This document shows, one piece after another, positions 1-14,418 of a DNA stretch of 64,000 nt (within the stretch, counting starts at the first letter, position 1; each line of letters begins with the position of its first letter). The DNA comes from Octopus sinensis (lineage: Eukaryota), in the NCBI RefSeq assembly GCF_006345805.1, contig NC_043015.1:10788001-10852000 (forward strand). The letters are read 5' to 3'. Made by a program: the position numbers and the translations under genes. The notes beneath the pieces are model-generated. The model was not told where the DNA came from, ran no database searches, and saw only the letters and a list, made by a program, of their open reading frames with translations.

Positions 1-2
1 TG

Positions 3-81
<79 letters not shown>
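1..81. repeat. (TA)n microsatellite; one of dozens of (TA)n/(CA)n tracts in the window
   Basis: Direct reading. Confidence 0.98.
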
Positions 82-83
<2 letters not shown>

Positions 84-169
84 ATAGTAGGGAATATAAT
101 TCTAAAACTTACAAGGAAAAATTCAATTTGACAATTTTAAATCAAATTTCACAATGTATAAGGCATATG

Positions 170-522
170 TATAATTTAGAGGAAAACCTCTATTATTTCA
201 ATAAAGAAAGATGTTATTCACACCGTTTAGAAAACATATACTACAGAAAAAGTTTATTTTAAACATCAATAAATTACAATAAATAGTAAATAGTAGTAGC
301 AGAAAACTACTATCATTAAAGTACAATAAATAGTATTGTACTAATAATCAATAAAGTACAGTAAATAGTAAATAGTAGTAGTAGTAGTAACTACTATCTA
401 ATATTTATTGTACTGTATTGATTTTTTAAATAATGTATTTTTTATAGTATGTGTTTTCTATATGGTGTGAATAACATTTTTCTTTATTGAATTGTTTAAT
501 TTAGGCGTGTCTCTAAATTATA
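170..522. repeat. Diverged inverted repeat, arms ~170-285 and ~402-522, between (TA)n tracts
   Basis: tataatttagag...ttcaataaagaaagatgttattcacacc...tacaataaata matches the reverse complement of 402-522 with scattered differences. Confidence 0.8.
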
Positions 523-911
523 TGCATTCATACATACATATATGTATATATATATATATATATTAGTGGACATATGAAATACCAGGCCCCGTACATCACG
601 AGCGTCTCCAAAAGCAACCGTAGTTTAGAGAATGATAGTTTTTCTCTGTAACATCACATATTCTCACGGTGAAAAAAATTGTTTATTATGCGGCTTTGAA
701 AATGTGTATTTTTTTTTTATCTCAAGACAAGGAATAACGAGACTTTGTGAAAATATATATGTTGGTGTACAAAAGAAGCCATAAAACAACAACAAAAATA
801 ATCATCGGTAAATGAACGCCCGTCGAAATTAAAATTTATCAAGGACTACATACTTATCTCTCCGTCAATCTCTAATATGCATCTTCATATTATTATGATT
901 ATTATTATTTA

Positions 912-1734
<823 letters not shown>

Positions 1735-3734
1735 GCATGTTTGCTGTTGTAGTTGATTTTGTTGTTGGTGTTGTTGTTCATCCATCGACACGTATTGCAC
1801 ATCAACCCAGTAAGTATTTGTTATATATATTGTTGCGGAAAGCTATACTATTTGTTATCATTATATAGACGAGTTAGCCAGAACCTTAGAGGGTCGGTTA
1901 GGCTTTCTCCAAATCTAGCACTTAGGGAATTAATTGGAGTTTCTTCAGCAAACAAGGACCTCAATTTTGTTTTTAAAAAAAAGTAAAATGGATTTTTCTC
2001 TCGCTGAAAAGAACAAAACAAGTAAATTGCAAAACAAAGTGACAGCAGCAGCAGTTTCAGCAGTAGTAACGTTAGCAAAAGGAATAGCAACAACAGCAAA
2101 GCAACAACAATACAGCAGGGGAAATGCATGAAAGTAACATTTCGCTACTAGAAATTTCAGTCGCACTATAACAGGAAAAAAAGCAACATCACCAGCAAGA
2201 ACACTGTCACCTCCACTACTGCCATCAGTTTCGCCAGCAAACCTATCATTACCAATATCATTAACGAAAAAGCATATGAACTATGAAAAGAAACCATGCA
2301 AATCTTTAGTTAAGGGTTTCGCCGCCGCGGCTGAACAAATGATAGAAAACCCTCTATAATTAAAAATTAAGTTAAATGTGCAAAATATAAGTTGGAGGAA
2401 AGTGGGCGAATTGTGGCACTCAATGTCGTCAGATCTGTCCTGCATGAAACTAAATTGTAGACAATTCAATTTAAAAAAGATGTAGAAAATAATGAAACTC
2501 TCAATACACCACACAATTGGAAAAAGTCAGTACTCCTCCCAGGGGTCAGAAATCTGGAACAGATGAAATGAGGTTCACCTCAGATGAAGAGGTCTAAATA
2601 CCATCAACAACTACACTAACGAGTGACGGAATTATCTTCATCCCGATTAACTGCATGCGAAGGGTGTTTAAAATACGAATATTAAATATACAACTACGAA
2701 TCAATATCTGCTGTTTGGCGTCCTCGGTTCTATTCGACTTAGAAGAGAGCTCACTAGTCTTCAGATAAAAGAATATAAAACCAGAACTGTTTAGGGCAGG
2801 GTATGCAGTTGTTAATATAGGTGGATCAGTTTAGTGTCAGGCCATCTCGAACTTCATAAACCTGAAATTGTTCTAAATCTATGTTAAAATTGTTTAAGGA
2901 TAATAGTAAATGCCTTTATTTAAATTGCATACATTGTTTGTCACGAACAATATATTAAAGTACCGAAATTTTTAAATGTTGTAAAATATTAAAATACCGA
3001 ATTTTTTAATGTTGCACAAAGCGTTTTTATGAGCGGACAATAACCAAAATCCATTAGCTTTACGAGAATAACTTGAAAAGTGTCTCTTTTGAAGTTTATG
3101 TTCATTTTCTAAGCTTGATTATGACACTTAACTTCGAGACTTGAATGAAATATGCAGCATTAATGTTCAGTGTGTTGTTCAAGCGTCATAATCAAACATT
3201 GTTTATAACAGTTATTAAAATCTATGTGTAATAAAAATGAGTTCAATAAGGTTCTTAAGTCGACACCAAAAACACAAACACAAATACAATTATTCAAAAT
3301 AAATACCACAATCTATCAAACTAATTACTTTATTAGAGGTGTTTCAACTTACATGTGTAGGAAGCCAACCTAGTACAAGCGAAGGTAAGGAAAACGCGAA
3401 ACAGCAAAAGCAATGTTGAGCCAATTTGAACAAGCAATTAGCCAGAAACAACAAGAAACAAAATTAAAATATGAACCGCAGAAAATAAAATGATTACAAA
3501 AATATTTGTGAGTTCGCACATTTTTCCTTCCGGGGTGATAATTATTTAATATAGAATTTTATAACTCATCAATATTTATTTTTGAAAATATAAAAATAAA
3601 CAGCTGATATCTGTACTGAATCTAGAAGGATTCTGAGAACGAAAAGTGTGTCTCAAATATCCGAGATACTAGTGTTTATTCACATCCATGAAACCGTGAC
3701 ATACGGGGCTTAGACAACGTGCTAATGTATATAG

Positions 3735-3965
3735 ACGTGGCCAGGTGGTTACTCTGTTGCACTTACGATCGCTAGATCATGGATTCGATTCCTTGATTGT
3801 GCGGTACGTTGTGTTCATGAGCACACTTTCGATCAAGGAGGAATGGCTAGTTCAGTAGGCTAACATTGATTTAGCCTTCAAAGTCTTTGAAGGCTAAAAC
3901 AATTCACAGCACATTGTGACCAGCGATGTGTAACAGCATTTGATAGACTAGTCGGTCACTTGATT
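3735..3965 (+). mobile_element. Decayed tRNA-headed SINE (family 3)
   Basis: A-box-like gtggccaggtggtt, B-box-like ggattcgattcc; 3' part is the reverse complement of 11520-11605. Confidence 0.6.
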
Positions 3966-4019
3966 AAGTGAGATATGTATGTATACGTAAATAGATTGGA
4001 ACAAAGACAAACAGACAGA

Positions 4020-4030
4020 TAGAGAGATAC

Positions 4031-4099
<69 letters not shown>

Positions 4100-4160
4100 C
4101 AGATAGATATATAGATAGATAGATAGATAGATAGGTAGGTAGGTAGGTAGATAGGTAGAT

Positions 4161-4191
<31 letters not shown>

Positions 4192-4210
4192 TAGAGAGAT
4201 AGAGAGATAA

Positions 4211-4255
<45 letters not shown>

Positions 4256-4285
4256 CAGTTAGATAGACAGACAGATAGATATGTA
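4020..4285. repeat. (GATA)n/(GGTA)n microsatellite
   Basis: Direct reading. Confidence 0.97.
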
Positions 4286-4374
4286 GATATTGTTTGAGGA
4301 GTTATACTTTCCAAAAAAACTACTATATATATATTTATGTGTGTGCCTGTTTGTTTGTGTTTATCCCCGCTCCC

Positions 4375-4505
4375 GACCATCTCTTGATGACCGATGCTGG
4401 TGTGTTTACATCCCCGTAAATTAGCGGTTCGGCAAAGGTGTGTGATAGAATAAGTACAAGGCTTACAATTAATAAGTCTTGGGTTCAATTTCTTCGACTG
4501 AAATG
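4375..4505 (+). mobile_element. SINE family 2 body fragment
   Basis: gatgctggtgtgtttacatccccgt..ttagcggttcggcaaa..gatagaataagtac also occurs at ~20860-21015, 48805-48985, 51455-51610(-) and 63830-64000(-). Confidence 0.75.
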
Positions 4506-4544
4506 AATATGTATGTGTATGTGTGTGTTTCACGTGAAATTTCG

Positions 4545-4650
4545 GAAGTGAAGAGGTAAGTCGATTACATCGACCTTAGTTCTCAACCGAGACATGAAAG
4601 GCAAATTTAACCTGGACGCAATTTGAGCTCAGAGCGTAAAAAACGACGGA
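4545..4650 (-). mobile_element. SINE family 1 fragment
   Basis: gtcgattacatcgacc...tgaaaggcaaa...atttgagctcagagcgt is the reverse complement of the family 1 body. Confidence 0.6.
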
Positions 4651-4805
4651 ATGCTTCTAAACCTATCACCTGGTGGGCTAACGATTCTGACAGGTCACCA
4701 TGTATGTGTGTATATGCACACACACACACACACACATACGCTCACACACACATACACACACACACACACGCTCACACACATACACACGCACACACACATG
4801 TACAT

Positions 4806-4855
<50 letters not shown>

Positions 4856-6237
4856 GTATGTATGTTTATATAGTCAAATCAAACATTAAAAGTTGGACAT
4901 TAAAAACGGAAGACTAAAAAAAGAATATACAAAATGACAAATGCATTAGCTTGAAGCTCCCTAAAGGTAGAAAAAGAGTGGGTTCTTAACCTTTCGAGCA
5001 TAGCTCTTCGTCGGAAAGTCCAGAGAACGAACACCACGTGTATATGTATCATTAAATATGAAATACATTTATTTTGTTCGAACATATTTTTATGTGCACT
5101 TTAGGGTGTATATATTAGAGTGCATTTGCATAGACGGGTCTCTGCATAATTTCTGTGTACGAAATTTCACATAGAGATATGTAGATAACCAGAGAGAATG
5201 ATAGAAGAAAATCTTGTGATGCTGCACATTTGGACCGAACCCAGAACAATTAACCTTCAGAACCATCGTTGTTCCCAATATATTATTATAGTATTTTATT
5301 TTATTCTCTGTTAGATTAAATTTATTCATCCACGAGCTGGTTCCATTTTCCGTCATCATAGTCAGTTTTTCTTTTAACGAAGGAAACCAAATAATCTACT
5401 GGATGTCAGCAATCTAAATTTTCTTTTCCAGATAACCGTTGTTTCAATAGACAATCTTTCCGTGTAGACGGTAGATTTTACAGAAATATGTCTAACCTTT
5501 GTCTTCGTACTCTATTATTTACACTTAAATCAATGCTGGGTTGTCAGTTTATTTTGTCTCTGAATAAATCAAATCTTTATAAAATGTAGGTCAATGCATG
5601 TGAATCTGAAAATAGTGGGATCTTCTTAACTTATAGCAACTCTACTTGGTGTCTCGAAGTCCAGAAATAGCAACGAAACGTCTATCACATCACACCCTAC
5701 TTTCTTTCAACAAAGTTTGTATTGTATTTGAAAACGTAAACTTAGAAAACTATATATGAATAAAAGATAGGATGGTCAGCACAGGCTGTCAAAAAGAAAG
5801 ACAACAATAGCAAGAAGGAAAACAACATCACCAACATCCACAATATTAGCAACAATCAAAACAGTTCTATGATGTTTTATATTTTCTCAGAAAGTTCAAG
5901 CAGTTATAGCTTCCAAAACCTTCGTAGCAACGAAACAGGAAAATATCTCTGAGCCGAATGTATGGGATGGATACTAAACTCACACATAGACCCATCCAAA
6001 CACACACACACGCGCATTGGCACAGTCGCCTACACACATGGAAATGTGTGTGTGTGCGTGTATGTGTGCGTGTGAATGTGTGTACCTAAAAGCAGAAATA
6101 TATACGTCACTAAAGTGAACAATGGTCAATAATAATCAGCGCCAATGTTGCTAGAAATACGTACAAAACAACTGAGTATCCACTAATGCAATATCTTAAT
6201 GAGCTGATAACAGAGCCAAGCCCCTACGGTCGTAGAT

Positions 6238-6302
6238 AGAACTAGATCACCGATGATTCGCATTCTGATCCTTAACGCATCTTAATGATCATCAGTCGCT
6301 CT
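6238..6302 (-). ncRNA. Degenerate type I hammerhead ribozyme
   Basis: Minus strand: AGAGCGA-CTGATGA-T-CATTaaGAT..ATCagAATG-C-GA-ATCATCGGTGAT-C-TAGTTCT. One A of GAAA is missing and stem I has one mismatch. Confidence 0.55.
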
Positions 6303-6385
6303 CAACGCGCGTAGGTTTAAAGTGACCATACCTTGTCAGCTTATAAGATCTACCTATACATATAAACATATGTATGTGTGTATGC

Positions 6386-6454
<69 letters not shown>

Positions 6455-8352
6455 ATATATTTTTATGCGTCTTATGAATGTAATAAGTGGACGAGGGAAT
6501 ATTTGTTGTGAAACGACGAGACTTCTCTGAAATATGTTGGTAATTTCATGCAGTACTTTTGGAACGGCAGTGAAATTTCGGTGTCAGTTAATCTCTAAAG
6601 GAATTTCATGAGAAATTTTACTTTAGCTGCTAAACTTATGCGTGGAAGTCTGCCTTTCCTTGTTAATTTTCGTTACGTATTGGCGATTTCTTTTAATCGT
6701 GATTCATTGTAACCACGTTTAACATAATGACGTACAAAAGCATTTACATGTTCCAGTAATCCCATACGTCAGCATGTATTTGCTTTATCTTAAAAAAGTG
6801 GGATTTCGGATTTGATTTAATTCTGTGATGTTGATGATCGGAGTGCAAGTGAGAGTAGATGTGGTATGACTTGGGCGTCTAAAATAGCTTTGTCATTATT
6901 CTGCCTTCTATAAATTTAACTCTTATGTCCAGAACCTCAGTGCTAGTTTTCGAAACCTAGACATGAATTTCATATAAGGACGTATTTTATATTTTACGTA
7001 ACAGTCACAGAAATACAAGAAGCTTACTAACCTGTTCTGCGATCATTTCTCGGGGAAAATCAGAGAATTGGTACAATACCCTGCTTTGATTTGAACGTCT
7101 CCATTAAGTGTATCTCGAATTTTGCCCAGAATAGATTAGTGAAATTAATTGCTGTTGGGGTATACACGGAGCAAATTCACGTGTGATGGTAAAATGTATT
7201 TTTCGAATGTCACTGTGTTATTTTGTAACACACACTTCGATTATGTACCGACAAAATTAGTTGGATTAATTTTTTTTCATTGTACGTATTGGGTCAACTT
7301 CGTCGATTAGTGACCTCTTGTGGGAGTGAAATAACTCTTCCTAACTAAACCTGTGGGCGGTTGCATATTCAGGTATACCAGTAAGATAGGCTTCAGGCTA
7401 AATCAACGGAACACAAAGCGTGAGAAAGCTATCGTTCGAATTAAAGGTCTAATCCAACTGACGCTCTTATCTTCAGTTTGCCCCAGAACCTTAGACAATT
7501 GTGGATAAGACCGACTTGATAACCTTGTGTTTGGTAAGCAAACTCCTTTAACATTCGACAAATCTGCCCTTTATCTATATTATATCATTTATGCCATTGT
7601 CATTTTGCCTCAAATAACGATTATAGGCAACACTTTCGAATTGACATGGTAGGTTATTTTGCTCTCTTTATACAATTCATCGCATTAAAAAAGCTTCGGT
7701 CAGATTCAGTACGTATGCAAGGGATGCTTTTGAACAAAATCATACAGCGTATGACAAGTTCTACATTGTAAGCAATATAAATGTTAAAGCGGTAGTTATT
7801 TATAAAAATACCTATATGTGCGAGTGTGTATGTGTGTGTGTGTACATTGCCACGTCTCTTCACTTATATAGGATATATTTAGGAGACTCCATATATTTAC
7901 TCATCTATTCACTTGCTATAAAAAAAATTATGATAGTTAAAATTATAACATTTAAGTTAACGCACTGTTTTTATACTTTTATACTGCTTAACATTTTCAT
8001 CCTGTCCATAACACTGTTTGGAATGGCGGACAATTTGGAGAATAGATCGAACGAAATATATTTTGTTTATTTCCGTTACTTTGAAGAACGTTATTAGTAA
8101 AATTTTTTCGTGAAAAAAAAAATGCTACTTCAAAATATTACATTGTTTTGATATCAACAATGAATGGCACCACAGTCTCATATATTTTATATAGTAGATA
8201 CCTGTTCGGTAATGATATTGTAAACGTACCAGAGACACACAGATGCGTTCACACCACAGAGACACCCCTTCCACACAGATACATACACGTTCATACATGC
8301 GCGTACACACATACGCACACGTACGCACAAACACACACAAAAACACATACGA

Positions 8353-8407
<55 letters not shown>

Positions 8408-9182
8408 TTTGTGCAAAAGTCATTGCAATTTTTTGTTATTTTAAACATTGATATTGTGGTGCTTATTTTAGAGTCAATAGTTTTCCTTTCACATGCGAAT
8501 TTATTACATCACCTTTACTGAATTGCTGAATTGATTGATAAATATTGTCATACTTTATTTGGAAAGGTAACTTAGAATGATGGCATTATGGTACGAAATA
8601 GGATAGAATACATTGCGAAGGAATCTGGTTGTAATATTTACCAAGCCTTTCACCATCGACGTTTCAACCAGAATTTAGCTCTGTATCACATTAAAAACAA
8701 TGTGTTGAGAAAATATAACTCTGAAGACGACTTATGTACCGTTAGATTTTCAATGATTAAAAACCGGTAAGGAACTAATATTGAAGATACCCTATGTTCA
8801 GCTATTCACAACGTTAAGGTAGTTCTAAAAAATTTAATATTTAAAACCTTTTAACTAATGCACGTCGCTTGAGGTGAATGGAAATAAACCCCATTGCGTT
8901 GTATTTCCGCCGTTTTCAGCACTAAAACGATCTACTTTCTTTTAATTACTTTGTCACATGTGACGGAAAAGTAATTGTGTAAGAAAATGCAGTTCATTCT
9001 ATCCATTCTGTGGTTGAGCAGATGCAGACCTGTAACCTTGTTTCAAACTGAGGCTGCTATTAAAGATGAATACGGTTTGAAAATCCCATATACTGTTGTA
9101 TCCTGGCAAAACCACCGCATTAAGAGGTATATATATATAGAGAGAGTCATTGTGCCAATATTATCAACACCATTAAGGAAGC

Positions 9183-9815
9183 GAGCTGGCAGTAAGGTTA
9201 TCCCGTCGGGTGAAATACTTAGCAGTATTTCGTCTGCCGTTACGTTCTGAGTTCAAATTCCACCGAGGTCGACGTTGCCTTTCATCATTCGGGGTCGATT
9301 AAATAAGTACCAGTTACGCACTGGGGTCGATATAATCCACTTAATCCGTTTGTCTGTCCTTGTTTGTCCTCTCTGTGTTTAGCCACTTGTGGGTAGTAAA
9401 GAAATAGCTATTTCCTCTGCCGCTACGTTCTGAGTTAAAATTCCGCCGAGGTCGACTTTGCTTTTCATCCTTTCGGGGTTTTTTTTTTTGTACTTGTTTC
9501 AGTCATTTGACTGCGGCCATGCTGGAGCACCGCCTTTTAGAGTGGTGAAAGAGTACAGCAGGGATCACCACCATCCCCTGCCGGAGCCTCGTGGAGCTTT
9601 TAGGTGTTTTCGCTCAATAAACACACACAACGCTCGGTCTGGGAATCGAAACCGCGATCCTCCGACCGCAAGTCCGCTGCCCTAACCACTGGGCCATTGC
9701 GCCTCCATGGCCCAGTTTGATAAATTAAGTATCAGTTGCGTACTGGAGTCCATCTAATCGACTGGCCCCCTTCCCCAAAATTTCGAGCCTTCTGCCTAGA
9801 TTAGAAAAGAATATT
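9183..9815 (+). mobile_element. SINE family 1 head-to-tail dimer; the second unit is split by a SINE insertion
   Basis: Full unit 9183-9407, restart at gctatttcctctgccgctacg, break at ~9478, resumption at ~9708 (gataaattaagtatcag). Confidence 0.85.
9479..9707 (-). mobile_element. tRNA-headed SINE (family 3) with poly(A) tail
   Basis: Minus strand: tggaggcgcaaTGGCCCAGTGGttagggcagcggac...GGTTTCGATTCCC (A and B boxes), then the ggcggtgctccagcatggccgcagtcaaatgactgaaacaagta tail and an A-run. Confidence 0.85.
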
Positions 9816-10429
9816 ATTAACCCGCGCACTGATTCGATTTCACTCCTTTCTTATTAGCCAATTGTTTCAATATCCAACTAACTGACCGATATGTTTGTTG
9901 AATTTGGTTAAACTGCAAATCACTCTTTTTGTTTTCGTTTGTCAAAGCTATTTTGTTGCACTTACTTTTGTGTACGTACTTACATGCAATATGCTCTTGT
10001 ATTATGTATGTGTGTGTTTATGTTTCTTTGCATACGTAACTCTGCTACCTTCTGTGTGCGTGTTTCTCTCCTCTTGTCTATGCGTGTGTTTGATTTTGTG
10101 TATGTCTATATGCGTCTCCGTCCATACTACCTATATGCCTATCTAGTTATCTATCTATCTACCTAACCACTTACCTACTTATCTACGTACGCACGTACCT
10201 ACCTACCTACCTAGCTGCCTACCTACTTACTTACCTAGCTACCTATATATCTATTTGATTGCCTGCTTTCCCACTTATCTTCCTACCTACATAATTAACT
10301 TAGTAACTAACAATCTATATAACTGATCTAACCACCTAAAACTTAACTACTTACCTATCTTATTTACCTACCTGACCGCCTAATTACAAATGTACTGATG
10401 CATGTACGCTAAGTGGGTGATATCTGTGA

Positions 10430-11290
10430 CATTAGGGCATCCCTACCTTCAATGGGAATTTTCTATTTAATTAAGGTAACGTCTCATTTATGAAGACGTA
10501 CATTTGTATTTGTCAAACAGAGGAGTCCTTTGGGTGTGTGAACAAAATGCGGTTGTCAAAACGGTCCAGTATTCCGCCATGTTGGCCTTGGTATGTTGAT
10601 AGATTATGGTCGACTGTTCCTTGTCATTATACTTTCTCCAGTGCTTGTTGAGATCCTCCGCTATACTCCTCGATTTCTCCTCAATGTATACTGTGATTCT
10701 AACTTTACATACTCCTTCCATGTACCTTATGGACGTTCCTAGTTTTACAATTAATACTGAAGTTAAACTTACACATTACAGAATTCTCATTAGTGCGTGT
10801 GACATTTTAGACGAGGTAAATCCTAGATAATTGTCATCCGATCGAGCTCCCTTGCTTCTCAACGATCTTTATGTTGAGGTTAGTGTCCTCCAGAGCTTTC
10901 CTAAATCTACGAGCTAATTCTCTCGTGAGGTGTAGCCTTTAAAAACATCCATCCTTGATATTTATCAGGCTTATACAATGTGTTATAAATCCTCTCTATA
11001 CTATTCCAGTTTTTACCTTTGTATCTAGGAAATGTACCACTGTCATCAATACAGTAAAATTTAGCTAATTTCTTTCTGGTTCCCCTATATATTCGAATTC
11101 TATTTTTCTGATCGTATCCAGAGAACTGCATGCGCTGCATGAATTTCTGTGTTTCTTTGTTTTATTGTGTACACATAGCGGGGGTCTCCTTACATTTTTA
11201 ATTCTGTCAATGACGAACCGAATTTTTAATGGGTGATTAATTATATATTTTATCACATGTATACCTATGGGAAACCTACTGGGAATGAAT
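10430..11290 (-). mobile_element. Decayed Penelope-like element, RT C-terminus plus GIY-YIG endonuclease
   Basis: Translations MQRMQFSGYDQKNRIRI, FRKALEDTNLNIKIVEKQG and CKTRNV..CKVRITVYIEEKSRSIAEDLNKH resemble the PLE thumb/linker and GIY-YIG YIGET.RS..R..EH motifs. Confidence 0.6.
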
Positions 11291-11514
11291 CGTATTTAAT
11301 AAGGTGTAAATAATACAAAACTTCTCCAGTTCTCTGTTTTGATATGAAAATATTGTATTTCCATTCGTTATCAGTATTCTACAGTCTTTTCAATGGCTCA
11401 TATATTTTGAAGAACTAGAATATGCAGATATACTTCATGAGGATATATAAACACACACACATACATACATACACACGCACATATATATATATACATATAT
11501 ATATATGTATATAT

Positions 11515-11785
11515 CACCATGATCACCGTGACCGACCAGGCTATCAGATGTTGCTACACATCGCTGGTCACAATGCACTTCGCATTGTTTTAGCCTTCAA
11601 ATGACGCCACACCGCTGGCTAAGCTAGCAGGCCAACAGTAGAATGAGTGAGAGAAAGTTATGGCGAAAGAGTACAGCAAGGATCACCACCATCCCCTGCC
11701 GCAGCCTCATGGAGCTTTTAGGTGTTTTCGCTCAATAAACACTCACCTACGACCGCGAGTCCGCTGCCCTACCCACTGGGCTATT
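11515..11785 (-). mobile_element. SINE family 3, internally deleted
   Basis: gagtacagcaaggatcaccaccatcccctgcc...cgaccgcgagtccgctgccct..ccactggg matches 9550-9700. Confidence 0.8.
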
Positions 11786-11812
11786 GAGCCTCCATATATA
11801 TATAAATACACA

Positions 11813-11879
<67 letters not shown>

Positions 11880-12465
11880 GCTTTACTTCGTATTAATTAT
11901 ATTTCGGCCCCAGTTCTTTCGTCGCACTCCTGTGACCTCCTAAGTGACCTTTCGCTTTCTTCTTTCATGTTTGTCTCTCCTTCCTAACGATCTTCCATTT
12001 TGTTTTGCTGTTGTATGTGTCTTTATTTGCGCAGGTGTATATCCCTGTGTGTGTCTATGTTTGATAAGTGTGTGTGTGTGTGAATGTTTATGGTACCTGC
12101 GTTATCCCCCGTTTATTCACGTTCATTTTATTTTATTTTATTTTATTTATTATATTTATTTGTTATTATCTACTTTAAAAAAAAATATTTTATTGTGTTT
12201 TGTTTGTGTATTCAATTAACTCGTTCCAACTATTGTAATTGTTTCATATTAGTGTTATTAGTTTACGTGAATCTTATTATGTCATCATGTCGTGGTGTGG
12301 GTGGTATGCTAGTGTTCCATTCTAGTTTTCTATTTAGGTTAGGTTTATCGTCTATTTACGTAATTTGTCTAATCAACTTACGTAATTTGTCTAAGCGTTG
12401 GACAATCTTTGTGCAAGTTTTGTAAAGTGCATTTCAATTTTAACAGTTAGTTTTCTAAAGCTATA

Positions 12466-13410
12466 ATGGAAGTGACAAAGTAGAATATTAAGCATATTTT
12501 GCTGTATGAGTTCGTTAAATGCATGAACGCATCGTAAAGTGTGAGCAATATTAATGCAGTATATAGGGATCAGACAATAAGCATAAGCCAATGCCAAAGG
12601 TGGTTCCAGCCTCGTCCTGGAAAATCAGTAGAGCCCGACTAGGACTTCAAGCAAATCCTGGTGGAAGAAAATCCCATCGTAACTGTTAAGTAACTAGCAG
12701 AGAAGTTTGGGTTTGGTCATTCAACCATTCATCGAAACATGCGTGGTATCGGAAACGCCAGTAAAATGGTTCAGTAGACTTCCCACAAAGTTGCCGTGTC
12801 TAATCGCGCGCAGAGTGTGAATGTGTGCTCTCCTTTGCTGTCACGTCTAAAGAATGAGCATTTTTTAGGACTGAATAGCGGATGGTTACGAGAAACGGAT
12901 TTTCTATAAATATTTCAAGCACCAACGACAGTGTGTAATGAAGGTGAAAACACCGTCACTGCAGGCTAAAGAAGTGTTCATCCCCGTACGATGTTATTTG
13001 TTTGGTGTGGTATGAAAGGTTTAGTCCACTTTAAACTTTTATGCCCAAACGTGTTCTTCCATCAGGTTAATGCTCGGCTAAATACAGCGAGGATGGCATT
13101 CGAAAGGCTGGAGAAGTTTGAGTGGGAAACGATGCCCCAACCTCCATATTCGCAGGACATTGCCCCATCTGATAATCATTTATTCCGTAGTCTTCAAAAT
13201 CATTTAGACGGGAAAATATGAATTCTGTAGATGAGGTCAGAACAATAATGGAGGAGTATTCTTCGTCACGGATAAGTGAATTTTGAAAGAAATGCCTTTC
13301 AAGTCTACCAGAAGAACATTGTAGTAAATGAAGGGGAGTTTATTTTAGATTTAAAAAGAAGTTTGTTTATCTTAATATTGAAAAATAAAAGATAAAAATC
13401 TGCATTATAT
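12466..13410 (+). mobile_element. Decayed mariner transposon (transposase pseudogene with internal deletion; 3' TIR-like end)
   Basis: MEVTK*NIKHILLYEF...NINAVYRDQTISISQCQRWF (HTH); HQVNAR and QPPYSQDIAPSDNHLFRSLQNHL correspond to mariner HDNARPH and YSPDLAPSD; ends aaaaatctgcattatatttggaatgaccc. Confidence 0.88.
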
Positions 13411-14382
13411 TTGGAATGACCCAGCATATACACATCTACACACACACACACATATATAGGTGTGGTGTGTGTGTGTGTATTCCACACATACTGAAATGCA
13501 TGCAGACGATGTTAGAAATGAGTATCCATTTAATGATAAACTTATCCTGATTTGAAGAATAAACATATTTTTATAAAACTAAATCAAAATGAATATTCAA
13601 AAATTACATCTTTGTGCATTTTATGTAATCTAGTTTACACCAACAGTATATTTACTTTTGTTTCTTATTTTTAAGACTTGCGTTATTATTTAATCCTTCA
13701 GTGTGAACGGCATTGTTGTTTGTACCAATTAATCGCAAAATCTTCAATTTATGCCCACAAGGAACAATAATTACATGATTCATTGTGTTTATTAACCTGA
13801 GATTAGCTTTTAGAGTATTTAGTGCATCATAATGTGAAAAGCATAAAACATTTCTTAACACCTTAGTATAATTTGCATGAGTTTAATGTTTCTCATACTA
13901 TGAGAACTACAACTCAGATTTGGATTTAAAATATACTGAGTGAGTGAATTTAAAAACATCCATTTTACATTATTGATTGAGCGCTTGGCAAATAAACCCA
14001 CGTAGAAAGTAGTTTAAAGAATCATCAGTACTGAAATACTAAGCCCTAGAATTTGTATGATTTTACACAATCGTTCATTCGTTAATTTGCAATTATCAGA
14101 TACTCTACATTTACAACGAGACTTATTTTCCTAGTGATATTGATTATGAGACCTAAATAACGTTGGGGTTTTCAAGCGAATAATAAATTGTAAATTTGCT
14201 ACCAGAAATATTGTCCATGTTATTAAAACTGGAGATCGAATGGTAAATTGGCTCATCAGTTTACATTCTTTTTAATGAAAACTTATTCTTGCTCCTTTCC
14301 TCCGACCATAACATGTCTTATTTAGGGGGCGGATCTCGAGTAGCATAAAAATAAGTTGGATATAAAACAATTACAACCGTTA

Positions 14383-14418
<36 letters not shown>

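Noticed and set aside
2330-2620. LNVQNISWRK, resembling an RTE C-terminal region
   Set aside because: Single short motif.
2715-2770. Minus-strand CTGAAGA...GTCGAAT with a hairpin
   Set aside because: Core and stem II overlap; stems I and III are absent.
7028-7080. Minus-strand peptide VLYQFSDFPREMIAEQ followed by a gttagt donor, reminiscent of the RasGEF 'AEQLT' start
   Set aside because: In-frame stop just upstream, no polypyrimidine acceptor, and no neighbouring exon found.
8630-8800. Possible decayed HHR (stem II ACAGAG/TTCTGGT, GAAAC) and PLE C-terminus on the minus strand
   Set aside because: The 5' core reads atgtga and stem I is missing; the protein match is too weak.
9640-9707. tRNA-like A and B boxes
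   Set aside because: SINE head continuing into SINE body and tail, not a stand-alone tRNA gene.
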